Source of the DNA: Acidobacteriota bacterium
GTDB taxonomy: Bacteria > Acidobacteriota > UBA6911
DNA: 64,000 bases
Direction: 5' to 3'
Assembly (NCBI GenBank): GCA_963664705.1
Contig: OY761556.1
Span: forward strand, 6,464,001 to 6,528,000
Made by a program: the position numbers and the translations under genes
In this document: positions 26,528-36,183 of the stretch, in pieces
How positions within the stretch are numbered: the stretch's first letter is position 1
Layout: every line of letters starts with the position of its first letter
The notes under the pieces: model-generated
What the model saw: the letters and a program-made list of their open reading frames with translations, nothing else
What the model was told of the DNA's origin: nothing
Databases searched by the model: none

Positions 26528-29500
26528 TTTGTCTTCGCCTGCCGTCGAGCTTCCGCAACGTGAGCAGCCAGTTCAACTGCATCGTTAAGCGCCGAAGATC
26601 GCATCCAGCAGCCTCGCAGGGAAGGTTTAACGATGTAGATGCGTGGCCCATCGAAAATCAGACCACTACGCGAGAACTGCAGCCGCCCCAAATGCTCCGT
26701 GCTGGAATCCTGCAGCTGGCGGAGAGCGCTCACTAGTTGGTTTGAGATGTTTCGGATTTCGAAATCGCGTGTAGTTCGGCTTTGGGTGAGCTCGACAAGA
26801 GCAATGCCGGATTCTTTATCCGCACCGCCAGTTGCACGTACGCGCACACCTTGGCTCGCCCAACCATTGAGCGTTTCGGTCAGCATCGTGGCATAAGGTT
26901 TCAGTGCAGCAGAGTCGATCGTTTGGAGTGTAGGAATTGATTTTGCAGCATCTAGGGAAGCGGGCGTGTCGCTCCTATCGAAGATATCGCAGGTGTCCTC
27001 AACCAGAGCTTGTTCCTGTTTGCCAATACCAAAGTACTCATATACGAGCGGTTCAAGTTCCGCCTGGAGATTACGAGCCTTCTCACGCTGGCCTTTTAGC
27101 CACATTTGAATGTCCGAATCGCCAGCATTCCCAAATAGTGGGCCGAGGGCTTGTGTATTTGTCCGCTTGTGCCGTTTTTCGGCATCGACTTCCATGTCTT
27201 TCATTAACTTGCGAATCCTCACAGCGGCCTGACTCACAATGGAACTGCTGTTGGATTTGGCTGCTTCGCTTTCAGGTAGAAAGAATGGAAGTCGGAGAAA
27301 CTCCGGCATGTGAACCTTGTCACGCTCTGTACCAATATTGGAAGCTGTATGAAAAACGAAGTAGCGAGCAAGCCTAGAACGTAATACCACGGCAAGCCAC
27401 ATTAGAAGGTCCGTGTCGCCTGAAGTCCCAGCAATGGATTGGAGCGCATGCTGGAAGCGCACTTGGTAATCAAAAAATGCTGCCGTGCTGAATCCCTGAT
27501 TGACCAAAACAAGCGGACCCTCGAAAATTCGTTCATTGCGGGAGCGGTGCAATACATCAAGTCGATAACCCTTCGACTTAAAATAGGTGCCTATTTCGTG
27601 GGTTAGGCTGCGGGGCAAGACGAACAAATCCTCGATCAGTTTTGGAGTGACGAAAGGATCAGATTGCGGCCACCTCATGGCCTTAGGTTTTTCCTCCTTG
27701 CCACCCGCACGTAGTGGCTGGAAGCCTTGACCTTTGCACCAACGTTTCTTGCCTTGCTTAAACTCAGTTACAGTTCCGACAAGATCTCCAAGTGGAGGAA
27801 GCGTAAACAGGTAATTGAGGAACTTCAGATCCCGTGGTGTCCCCCAAAGGCGACTTTTCCACGCGATGCTGCTGGCCTTCTGTTCGGCTGCAGCGAGCAC
27901 GAATTGCAGGGGGATCCATTTCCGGTCCTGTGGAGCAACCTGGATAACGCCGTCTCGGAGGTCGGCTCGGGATACCTTCGGCGTAATATATTCGATCTCG
28001 TGGATGGCCTCATCGGGCTTGTGTGGAGTGAAGAGAACAATGTTGCATGGACACAGGGATTCCTTGAACAAAATGAACCTGTAGTCAGCGAGCTGGACGA
28101 CCTTTTGGAGAGTAACGCCACGAAGCCAGTTGGATTGGAAGGTATCGGTTTGGTTTAGGAAGACCTTTGATGGCAGAAGCAGGCAAGCATGGCCATCAAC
28201 TTTCAGCACCTTGGGAGTCTCTTCCATGAACTGATGTGCAACCTGTTTTGTGCCGCGTCCAGCCCATGGCGGATTCCCTATTACCAGGTCGAATTTGCCT
28301 TGCCACTTCGGAGCGATATCGAAGAAATCCGCTTCGTGGACGACCGGATGTTCTGGTGTTCGCTTTGCTCCCATGGCATGGAGAAGATTTGGGAGTTTCT
28401 TGCCAGTATGGAGTTTATAAGCGCGAATGTGAGGCGGGTCGAATTGGTCCAGAAATGCAAGATACAGACTGAAGCAGGTAATACGGCAGGCGGTAAGATT
28501 CTTGTCCACACCACACAAGCAGTCGAGGCGCTGCAGCAGGGCATCGGCCTTAGTCTGGGGTTGCGGTTCTTTTTGTCCAGCGCGCCACTCAGCCGCAAGC
28601 CGATTGAAAAGCATCACAAGAAAAATTCCGGAACCGCATGCTGGATCCAAAAATCGCCGCTTTTCAGCAAAAAGAGGTTTAATGCCTTCCAACGCCAGAT
28701 CAAGCGCTAAATCGGCAACGAAGCGCGGTGTGTAAAATGCGCCGGCGGAATGCTTCCCTTCTTCGTCCTCACTCTCAAGAAAATTCTCATAGATGGCGCT
28801 GATGGTCTCAATGGGGATAAACTTGAAATTATAAGCCCAAAACCCAAGAGAGCGCTGTCCTCGCCCTTTTAGCAAATTGTCTCCGTTCAGGAAACGATGA
28901 ACAACCTCCACATGCTCAGCCCGAATGAGTGAAAGCTCTACACCGAGAACCTCATCAAACATGCTGCCGTTAAAATCACGTTGCAGTGCGGGGAAGAGCG
29001 TGCCGTATAACGCCCCAATCGGATCCGCTGATGCGGCGAGCAGTTCATGAAGGTGCTGCCACGACTTCCCTTTGAAGTAATCGGACAATTTGATGATTCC
29101 GCGATCGCAGAGATAGCAGGCAAACAGTATTCGTCCAAGGAAAGTATGGGCGAATTGAGCTTCCAGGCCACGATCAATGAGCAAATCGCGCACGGCAGTT
29201 AAATTATCAAGAAGATAGGCATCAACTGTTTCGCTGGGCTGGAAATTTTGTTCTCGGCCACCGGCGTAATATTGGCCAGTACCAACTTGAACATAAAAAC
29301 GCTCTGCCCAGCTTGCTTGCACGGCCAGGTCGAGTATTTCAACCAGCCGGTCATTTACATCTCCATCCGTCACTCGTTCGGGATTAATCGGGCTTGTCAT
29401 GGAAGAGAACACGCGCACTTTTTGGGGATCGCGAAGGAGCAGAATGGTTGCGACTCCTTGATTCCAGAATTGGAGATGTGCATTCGCAGCATTTTGCGCA

Positions 29501-29706
29501 GTGACCGGCCTGGACTCATCTCGAACGTAGACGGTGGGAATGCCGTTTAGTGTGAGAATGCCAGACAGATTCATATCATCCCAAGCATGGAGCAGCATGC
29601 GCTGATAACCATAGATCTCAGCAGCATGCAGAATTTCATCTCGTGAGCGGTAAAAACGGAATCCGCACGGAGGCTCCGGAAGTTGGGGAAGGCGCGCAGT
29701 ACTCAT
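26524..29706 (-). CDS. N6-adenine DNA methyltransferase (type IIG/Eco57I-like architecture)
   Basis: GAFYTP, FLDPACGSGIF, IGNPPW; start at 29706 overlaps the lexA stop. Confidence 0.88.
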   Translation of the reverse strand: MSTARLPQLPEPPCGFRFYRSRDEILHAAEIYGYQRMLLHAWDDMNLSGILTLNGIPTVYVRDESRPVTAQNAANAHLQFWNQGVATILLLRDPQKVRVFSSMTSPINPERVTDGDVNDRLVEILDLAVQASWAERFYVQVGTGQYYAGGREQNFQPSETVDAYLLDNLTAVRDLLIDRGLEAQFAHTFLGRILFACYLCDRGIIKLSDYFKGKSWQHLHELLAASADPIGALYGTLFPALQRDFNGSMFDEVLGVELSLIRAEHVEVVHRFLNGDNLLKGRGQRSLGFWAYNFKFIPIETISAIYENFLESEDEEGKHSAGAFYTPRFVADLALDLALEGIKPLFAEKRRFLDPACGSGIFLVMLFNRLAAEWRAGQKEPQPQTKADALLQRLDCLCGVDKNLTACRITCFSLYLAFLDQFDPPHIRAYKLHTGKKLPNLLHAMGAKRTPEHPVVHEADFFDIAPKWQGKFDLVIGNPPWAGRGTKQVAHQFMEETPKVLKVDGHACLLLPSKVFLNQTDTFQSNWLRGVTLQKVVQLADYRFILFKESLCPCNIVLFTPHKPDEAIHEIEYITPKVSRADLRDGVIQVAPQDRKWIPLQFVLAAAEQKASSIAWKSRLWGTPRDLKFLNYLFTLPPLGDLVGTVTEFKQGKKRWCKGQGFQPLRAGGKEEKPKAMRWPQSDPFVTPKLIEDLFVLPRSLTHEIGTYFKSKGYRLDVLHRSRNERIFEGPLVLVNQGFSTAAFFDYQVRFQHALQSIAGTSGDTDLLMWLAVVLRSRLARYFVFHTASNIGTERDKVHMPEFLRLPFFLPESEAAKSNSSSIVSQAAVRIRKLMKDMEVDAEKRHKRTNTQALGPLFGNAGDSDIQMWLKGQREKARNLQAELEPLVYEYFGIGKQEQALVEDTCDIFDRSDTPASLDAAKSIPTLQTIDSAALKPYATMLTETLNGWASQGVRVRATGGADKESGIALVELTQSRTTRDFEIRNISNQLVSALRQLQDSSTEHLGRLQFSRSGLIFDGPRIYIVKPSLRGCWMRSSALNDAVELAAHVAEARRQAKTK

Positions 29707-30308
29707 TTGCTTATAAACCTTATTATTGCACGAGCAACACCTTGAATTTGAAGATCTGTTACGGGAATCAGATCGGAGAAAAGGGGATTTTCGGCCTGCA
29801 ACCACACTTTTCTCCCCTGGCGGATGAACGTTTTCAGGGTGGATTCGCGATCAATAAGAGCGGACACTATATCACCGTTTCGCGGAGCAACGCCCTGCTC
29901 GATTAGAACGATATCTCCATCAAGGATCTGTCGACCTATCATCGAATTGCCTCTCACACGAAGCGCAAAGGCTCGCGAGCGATCGTGGATACCGTAAACA
30001 GCAGGGTCAACATTAAGGCGTTCATCGGGTACTGTCAATGCTTCCTGAGGCTGTCCCGCAACGATGCATCCCAGCAGAGGAATACCGACAGCATTCTGGA
30101 CGAGCCGGATGCCTCGAGCAGAACCTTTTGCCCGCGTCAAAAATCCCTTTTTCACCAGCGCGACAACATGATCAAAAGCCGCCTTTGGACTCTTATACCC
30201 GAAGTGTCTGCAAATTTCGCGGTATGTTGGCGCAGGCTCGCCCTCCTTGCTCTGTTCTTTAAGGAAATCGAGCACTTCTCGCTGCCGCGCTGTTAGATTT
30301 GATCCCAT
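29703..30308 (-). CDS. lexA: LexA-family repressor
   Basis: N-terminal winged HTH (LTARQREVL...PTYREI), Ala-Gly site VAGQP, GNSM Ser and TLK Lys. Confidence 0.9.
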   Translation of the reverse strand: MGSNLTARQREVLDFLKEQSKEGEPAPTYREICRHFGYKSPKAAFDHVVALVKKGFLTRAKGSARGIRLVQNAVGIPLLGCIVAGQPQEALTVPDERLNVDPAVYGIHDRSRAFALRVRGNSMIGRQILDGDIVLIEQGVAPRNGDIVSALIDRESTLKTFIRQGRKVWLQAENPLFSDLIPVTDLQIQGVARAIIRFISK

Positions 30309-30327
30309 ACTAAACATATGTATAGTA
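30308..30327. promoter_or_regulatory. Palindromic operator abutting the lexA start
   Basis: TACTAAACAT|ATGTATAGTA, 10-bp arms with one mismatch. Confidence 0.6.
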
Positions 30328-30499
30328 CAGCGAAATTTATCATGAAACAATAGGGATTTCGACTGTGCCAATTTGATCGGGATCGGTGGCTTGAATACAA
30401 AATAGCGAGCAAATAGGAGTGTCCGCTATGCGGTCTTTCGCTCTTCACGCCTTTGTTTTTGATACCGAGCGTGAGATTCAGGAGCCTGGGTTGGATATT

Positions 30500-30937
30500 C
30501 TAGAAAGAAGAGTGTCGGCTTTTAACAAATTCTGCCAGGATCCAGCCGATTCGGCTTTTCCATTCGCCTTCGAGAAGGCGGACCTTCATGCAGGTGCCTT
30601 TGTTTTCCAGGATCTCTACGGGAGTCTTTTGATAGGCGGCGAAGGCATTCCCGTTTCTGGCGAGAATGCCGAGTTCGAAGATTGCTTGATTAGATGTCTC
30701 TGCTTTCATCAATTTGCTGAGGGATTCCTCGCTGACTGAAAGGTAAACCAGGTTGGTGGGAGTGCCTTTTTGTTCAAGCCAATATTCATATGAATTGTCC
30801 GCTTTCGCTGAGGAGTTCGCCGAAGATGCTGACGTTGAATTCTGGGCAGCCTCTTTGCCGCCTCCGCAACCGGCCATGATGCACACCATTATCCCCGAAA
30901 CAGCAATCAATGAGCATTTCGTTAGGATTCTATTCAT
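30500..30937 (-). CDS. Lipoprotein at end of virB operon
   Basis: Lipobox MAGC after a hydrophobic signal. Confidence 0.7.
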   Translation of the reverse strand: MNRILTKCSLIAVSGIMVCIMAGCGGGKEAAQNSTSASSANSSAKADNSYEYWLEQKGTPTNLVYLSVSEESLSKLMKAETSNQAIFELGILARNGNAFAAYQKTPVEILENKGTCMKVRLLEGEWKSRIGWILAEFVKSRHSSF

Positions 30938-30959
30938 ACAAATTTCCCTTCCTCGTTTT

Positions 30960-31637
30960 TTACTTGTTGTTTAGGTTATTGCTTGCGGGGGATGTAAGAG
31001 GATATTGTGCCTTAGATTGTTTGTTTTGCAATATCCTTTTTCCCTGCAACTCCGCTATCAGCATTTCTGCCGATAATCTGATTGCCGGCGTCAATCCACG
31101 AGCGCTGCCGGCTCCATAGCGGATGAAAAAGGACTTCTTCAGTATCGAGTTTCTTAAATAAGCCTCGATCATAATCCCCGGCAGCGTTTGTTCGGTTTCG
31201 CGTTCCTCGATCCCAACAATACAAATGCCAACCTGGCATGAAGCCTTTGGATTGATGGTCAGTCCTGCGGCGGAAAGAGCATTTTCGAGAGCCATTTTAT
31301 AAGCGGATGAACAGCGTTTCCCATCCGTTATGTCCTTGAAGACCGCAATTTGAACATCATTGCCTCGTAGGGAAAAGCCCTCATCGAATCGGTATCCAAA
31401 ATATCCGTTCCCCTCCAGTTTCCTGTAAATGGGCATGGTGAAAAATTTGTTCAGACTGTCCGGCTCCAGGTAGACATCGGGGGAATCTTTCAGGAAGGGC
31501 TTTTTGGCACCAACTCGCGAGATCAAGGCCAGGGCTTCTCGCTGGTCAACTTTGCCAGGTGTTTCAGCGATAATTACGGAGGCAAGGAGCATTCCGAACA
31601 AGATTGTGCTTATGGCAAGCAGCCTAGCGAGTTGCAT
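30960..31637 (-). CDS. Exported hypothetical protein
   Basis: Signal peptide; overlaps the virB10 stop. Confidence 0.65.
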   Translation of the reverse strand: MQLARLLAISTILFGMLLASVIIAETPGKVDQREALALISRVGAKKPFLKDSPDVYLEPDSLNKFFTMPIYRKLEGNGYFGYRFDEGFSLRGNDVQIAVFKDITDGKRCSSAYKMALENALSAAGLTINPKASCQVGICIVGIEERETEQTLPGIMIEAYLRNSILKKSFFIRYGAGSARGLTPAIRLSAEMLIAELQGKRILQNKQSKAQYPLTSPASNNLNNK

Positions 31638-32952
31638 AGTAGCTCCGATCCTTTATCCTGGCGAAAGGTGAGATCTGGATATCGTCCGAGAGATAAATCT
31701 TCATGGTTTTGCCCTGGTCTACACGGATTGTTGGAACGACCGAGGAATACTGATCCATGATCTTGTCGAGAATCTTCTGGAAATTGTCCGAAGTGCGGCC
31801 AAGCACGAGCGAACGAGTCGAATAAATATCGCTATTGCGCTGTGCCGCGCCTGACAGACCGTCCAGAACGCCAAAGAAGATCGCTGTGCCGAATTGCATG
31901 AACCAATGCCGATCAACATGAGACACCACCCCCAGGGCTCCTGTTTCATCAAGCGCCTTGAGAGCCTTCTGACTCACCGGCAAATCAATTGAGGGACCAT
32001 TCGGAAGAATGATCCGGTGGAAATTGATGAAGAGCCGATGAGCGCCTTTGTAATTTACGACTTGAGACTGCCCTACAATTCGAGAACTGGCCGGAATCAC
32101 CACATAGCCGGCGCTATGATCAAAAACATCCTTCGAGATCTGGCAAACAACCGGTGAAGGTTCAGTGTCGGCGATAATGCGGTTGACCAGGACTGCCTCC
32201 AACATTTCCCCTTCATAGAGCGTAACCGGAGGGTAGTCCGTATAAATCAATTCAGTCTTTTTATCCTCAGAGTTGCTGGTGGATTCCGTTGCCCTTCGAG
32301 AATTGTCTGCGAAGTTTGCTTTTGTTGGGATTGCCTCACCTATGCCGGTGTTATTGCCGGTGGGATCCTGTTTTTTGGCGGAATCGTAATAGGCCGCCCC
32401 GCTAAAACTTCGCGAATAGACAAACATCGGAACCTGTTTTCCGTTTGGGCTGGGCTTTTGAGATCCTGCTTCATACTGGACGGCTCTTGCTGGGGCGGCA
32501 TAACCAGGCTCCTGCTTTTTGCCAGAAGGTGGCGATTTTTGCAGAACGTGCTGAATGGCCTCTTCTTCAGCAACATTCTGAGCTTGGGCTGGAACAGGGA
32601 GCCCTGAATCCCGGCCTTTTTCAAAATCCATGTCCTTATACAATGAATTGAATTGGGCCTGGTTGTCGTCTCCCTTGCGGATCAGAAATGACTGGTCGCG
32701 GATCTGATCGGCCTTTTGCTGTTCTCTTTTGCTCTCATCCGAATCAAGCTTCTGCTGTTCTAGCTCTTCGGTTGTGGGTTTGTAGGCCGCCGGCTGCGGC
32801 TTTCGAAAGGCAAATATTATCGCGGCGGCAACAATTATGAGTAGGACCGCCCCGATGCCGATGAACAGACCAGACTGACGACTTTTCTTCTTTGGAACGG
32901 CTTCCTGTTCCTCGATAATTTCAGTTCCTGCTGATTTGTTATTCGGATCCAT
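31624..32952 (-). CDS. virB10: VirB10/TrbI
   Basis: N-terminal TM, low-complexity linker, C-terminal EAVLVNRI...IPASSRIVG...VDRHW...PTIRVDQG. Confidence 0.88.
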   Translation of the reverse strand: MDPNNKSAGTEIIEEQEAVPKKKSRQSGLFIGIGAVLLIIVAAAIIFAFRKPQPAAYKPTTEELEQQKLDSDESKREQQKADQIRDQSFLIRKGDDNQAQFNSLYKDMDFEKGRDSGLPVPAQAQNVAEEEAIQHVLQKSPPSGKKQEPGYAAPARAVQYEAGSQKPSPNGKQVPMFVYSRSFSGAAYYDSAKKQDPTGNNTGIGEAIPTKANFADNSRRATESTSNSEDKKTELIYTDYPPVTLYEGEMLEAVLVNRIIADTEPSPVVCQISKDVFDHSAGYVVIPASSRIVGQSQVVNYKGAHRLFINFHRIILPNGPSIDLPVSQKALKALDETGALGVVSHVDRHWFMQFGTAIFFGVLDGLSGAAQRNSDIYSTRSLVLGRTSDNFQKILDKIMDQYSSVVPTIRVDQGKTMKIYLSDDIQISPFARIKDRSYYATR

Positions 32953-32995
32953 TTTTGCTCCTCACTTATGCGTGGTTTTGGCGCGTGCCGCCTTG

Positions 32996-33745
32996 TCAGT
33001 TTAAACGGCTGATTTCGCTCACGGTATTGCCGAGCTTCAGAAAAAAACGCTTGTCGCCTCTCGGTAAGACTTTGTGGACAACGTAGTACTCGCCCTCATC
33101 CGTGTATTTCACCGGCTCTAGATGTTTCTGATCATTCTTCTCACTGATGTAGACGATCGGGCGCTCCTGGGATTTTGGAAGGCGGATATAGGTAAAGATT
33201 CCGTCGTCTACGACCTTGTCGATAGAGAACGCGCGATCCGTGATTTGGTAATTGCTGTTGACCGTAAACAGCATTTGCTGCGTTTTCTGTTCTATTGTGG
33301 CATTGCAGCGCTGTTCCGCGTCCTGGGCCACCCGCATGGCTTCGGTTTTAACTCTGTTCTTAAACAGCTGGAGATTGTTGCATTTGATAATGACGAGCTG
33401 ATCGGCAACCGGAGTGTTCCCGCTATTGATGTTGAAGACGAAGAGCTTGTCTGTATCGGTAAAGATGCTGATCGAGGTGCTCTTGTTCGGTTGTAGTGCG
33501 GTGACGATACCGATAGTGCCATTGGATTCGGCATGGAAGGATTCGGTATCTGTAACGACGAAATCGGTGATTTTCCATCCTTCAGGAAGACGGAAGGTGG
33601 TCCCCACTTTGGGGACTGTCGTGATGGCATAGACTTTGTCTGCATTATCGCCATTGAAATCGCAAATCAGCGTGCGGCCTTCAATGCCCGCGAATGTGTG
33701 AAGTGAACAGGAAAATAGTGCTATTGCTAAGCAGATGACTCTCAT
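32996..33745 (-). CDS. virB9: VirB9/TrbG
   Basis: Signal peptide; VVDDGIFTYI..P motif; synteny. Confidence 0.8.
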   Translation of the reverse strand: MRVICLAIALFSCSLHTFAGIEGRTLICDFNGDNADKVYAITTVPKVGTTFRLPEGWKITDFVVTDTESFHAESNGTIGIVTALQPNKSTSISIFTDTDKLFVFNINSGNTPVADQLVIIKCNNLQLFKNRVKTEAMRVAQDAEQRCNATIEQKTQQMLFTVNSNYQITDRAFSIDKVVDDGIFTYIRLPKSQERPIVYISEKNDQKHLEPVKYTDEGEYYVVHKVLPRGDKRFFLKLGNTVSEISRLN

Positions 33746-34392
33746 TTGACCTCCGGTTTGTTTTGAAATGGACTCTGCCGGTAATCGATAACGATTAAGC
33801 CGTGCGGGTTCCGGGTCGAACGTTTGACAGGCTTGATGACAAATGCTCCCAAAGAACTGTCTTCTTCCATAATTTCATCCATTTGAGACAGAACCTTGGT
33901 TTTGAAGTAGAGTTGGACCTTCAGAAGCGGCTTAGATTCCGTAATCATGAAGCTGGTGACTTCGGCCAAGCCCTGGACATTTCTTCCAAGAAGCTCTGAG
34001 CGATGTGCCAGCTTTAATGCTTCCCTGACCTGATGAAGCGCTTCAGGTGATGTCGAGCGGGATAATGACTCCAATTTTGTTTTGGCCGTATATTTGTTGT
34101 AAGTGTATGCGTCGGCCAGGAAGTCTTCACAGAACTTCCGCACTTCGAATGGCGACCTTTCCTCGCCGGCGGCATCCACTACGCGGTAATCGACGGCAAT
34201 CGCGTCGCCGGTCCCTTCGTTTATCACGATCGGAACAATGTGTTCCGCTCTGCTGTCGATGATCTTGACAAGGAGCGCTCCACCGAGCACCAGGCAGACA
34301 AGCAGTAAGACCAGAGAAATCAGCTTTAGCCAGGTGTTCACATACGACAAGTTCCCGTGAACACGAATGAAATCATCGGTTGCATTAGACAC
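33742..34392 (-). CDS. virB8: VirB8/TrbF
   Basis: Single TM; C-terminal RNPHGLIVIDY motif. Confidence 0.82.
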   Translation of the reverse strand: MSNATDDFIRVHGNLSYVNTWLKLISLVLLLVCLVLGGALLVKIIDSRAEHIVPIVINEGTGDAIAVDYRVVDAAGEERSPFEVRKFCEDFLADAYTYNKYTAKTKLESLSRSTSPEALHQVREALKLAHRSELLGRNVQGLAEVTSFMITESKPLLKVQLYFKTKVLSQMDEIMEEDSSLGAFVIKPVKRSTRNPHGLIVIDYRQSPFQNKPEVK

Positions 34393-34405
34393 GGATCCTC
34401 CTCAA

Positions 34406-35389
34406 TTATTTTCGAAAGCTTTTAACTGCAGCCGTTGCGGTGGAACTGAGCCGCGAAGTAACGGATTTTGTTGCGCTGGAAGCTGCCTTAACTGCAGCGC
34501 CACCAGCTGCCCCTGTAGCGCGGATCACAGATCCGCCGGGGATCAGAGTGAGAGCGGTGCCTGCAATTCCCAAAGTGATCTGCCCCAGTCCGGCCCCGGC
34601 AGCTCCACCCACAAGTGCATTGATTATTTTGTTGGTGCTCAAAACGATGCCTAGCGACAGAATCGGCCCTAGCAGCTGGGCGGCCACTTGTCCGCTTGTT
34701 GCGGTTCCGAAAGGATTGGCTGCAGCTACGGCAAGAATGGCCACGCCGATTGCTAGCGCAGCCCCGTAAAGAGGAATCAGCATGAAATAGGACAGCACTG
34801 CCATAAACCACCTCAGCGCATGCGGCCGGAATTCACGGTCGAACGCCATCGCGAAAAACACGGGGCCGAGAACAAGATTCATCGCCAAAATGCATAGCGA
34901 GCCCCCCATGCAGACCAGGATGATCCCGTAGCAGATGAACAAAACAATTGCTCCGATCCCGAACAGGAGGCTTCCAATTGTCATGTTGTAGAGTGTTCCG
35001 AGAATTGTGCTGACCAGTCCCTGCGAATTGTTGCTGGAGTTCATCGCTTGATCCATTGATACGGTCTGATCCATGAAGGACGTGGTCAGCGATTGAAGAG
35101 AAGGGTAGAAATTCGTTGCAAGTATTTTTACCGCATTGAATATCTGATCGGATGCCATCGGCCAGACTGCAAACAGAGCAGCAATAAACAGATATTTTAT
35201 GAGAATCCGATGCAACTCGGTGCGGCTGCCGGATGCGACCTGGATTCCTTCCTGAAGGAATGCCTTGAACAGGAGAAAAGCCCAGAGAATAGCGCCGAGT
35301 GTTGTATAGACCACCACATAATCCCACCCGCCATTTAAGCGTCCGCGCAAGGCATTCCAGATAACATCCATCAATTGAGCCAGATTCAT
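34406..35389 (-). CDS. virB6: VirB6/TrbL
   Basis: Polytopic membrane protein with Gly/Ala-rich tail; synteny. Confidence 0.78.
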   Translation of the reverse strand: MNLAQLMDVIWNALRGRLNGGWDYVVVYTTLGAILWAFLLFKAFLQEGIQVASGSRTELHRILIKYLFIAALFAVWPMASDQIFNAVKILATNFYPSLQSLTTSFMDQTVSMDQAMNSSNNSQGLVSTILGTLYNMTIGSLLFGIGAIVLFICYGIILVCMGGSLCILAMNLVLGPVFFAMAFDREFRPHALRWFMAVLSYFMLIPLYGAALAIGVAILAVAAANPFGTATSGQVAAQLLGPILSLGIVLSTNKIINALVGGAAGAGLGQITLGIAGTALTLIPGGSVIRATGAAGGAAVKAASSATKSVTSRLSSTATAAVKSFRK

Positions 35390-35415
35390 ATCAGCCCTCT
35401 TTCGCGTTTGCCTGT

Positions 35416-36183
35416 TTACGGCAGCCGCAGCATGTTCTTTATGGTTTCCTGATTCCGGCTGTCGCCCTGCTGTGCCTCTGTTTCCAGCTGCTTCATTCGG
35501 GTGATCAGATTCCGTTGTTCCTTTTGATCTGTCAGAAGCCGTTGCTCGACAACTTTTGTTTCAGCCTGTATCTGTGCGCTTTCGATGAGAATGGCATTCG
35601 TTAGTGCTGTTAGTTGAGGGAGATATACTTCGTTTCCAGGCCCTGATGGACCCGTAATCAAAGCTTGGTTTTGAGTTTTATAGCGCTCCAAAGCTTCCTT
35701 GTGTTCCTTATCCTGTTTTTCGAGATCGATGAGGTGAGCCTCTTCTTGCTTCAAGCGATCAACCTGTTCTTCCGATAGGCTGATAAGGCTGTCTGCATAC
35801 GCGCGATAATCGGGATTTCTCTGATATTGCTGAGTAGTCCGTAAGCCTAAGATCTGCCCTTGCCATGCGCCTTCATCGAAAGTGCGCCAGATCCTGATAA
35901 AGTGATCGCTAAGCCGAGCCCATTCGGTTGGGACGTAGTATCGCCAATCAGCTTGATTAAGCCGGCGATAGACTGTCTGGAATGTTGAAAAGTAGCTGTC
36001 AAACTGGCTTTTGTATTTATTGAACTCACTCAGATAGTTTGTCATTTGCATGATTTGTTGCACCTGATTCGCAATCTGAGTGATCCGCTGAGCAGCGGCA
36101 ACAGGATCGCTGAAAATAAATGCATCTGCTCGATGAGGGACAACTAGAAACATCAGAGCCGCAATCAATATTCCCTTCTTCAT
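35416..36183 (-). CDS. VirB5/TrbJ-like
   Basis: Signal peptide, IFSDP then Gln-rich helix; lies between virB4 and virB6. Confidence 0.7.
   Translation of the reverse strand: MKKGILIAALMFLVVPHRADAFIFSDPVAAAQRITQIANQVQQIMQMTNYLSEFNKYKSQFDSYFSTFQTVYRRLNQADWRYYVPTEWARLSDHFIRIWRTFDEGAWQGQILGLRTTQQYQRNPDYRAYADSLISLSEEQVDRLKQEEAHLIDLEKQDKEHKEALERYKTQNQALITGPSGPGNEVYLPQLTALTNAILIESAQIQAETKVVEQRLLTDQKEQRNLITRMKQLETEAQQGDSRNQETIKNMLRLP

Noticed and set aside
29703-30308. Host SOS lexA
   Set aside because: It lies inside the mobile element and is coupled to a methylase, so it is more likely a cassette-specific paralog.
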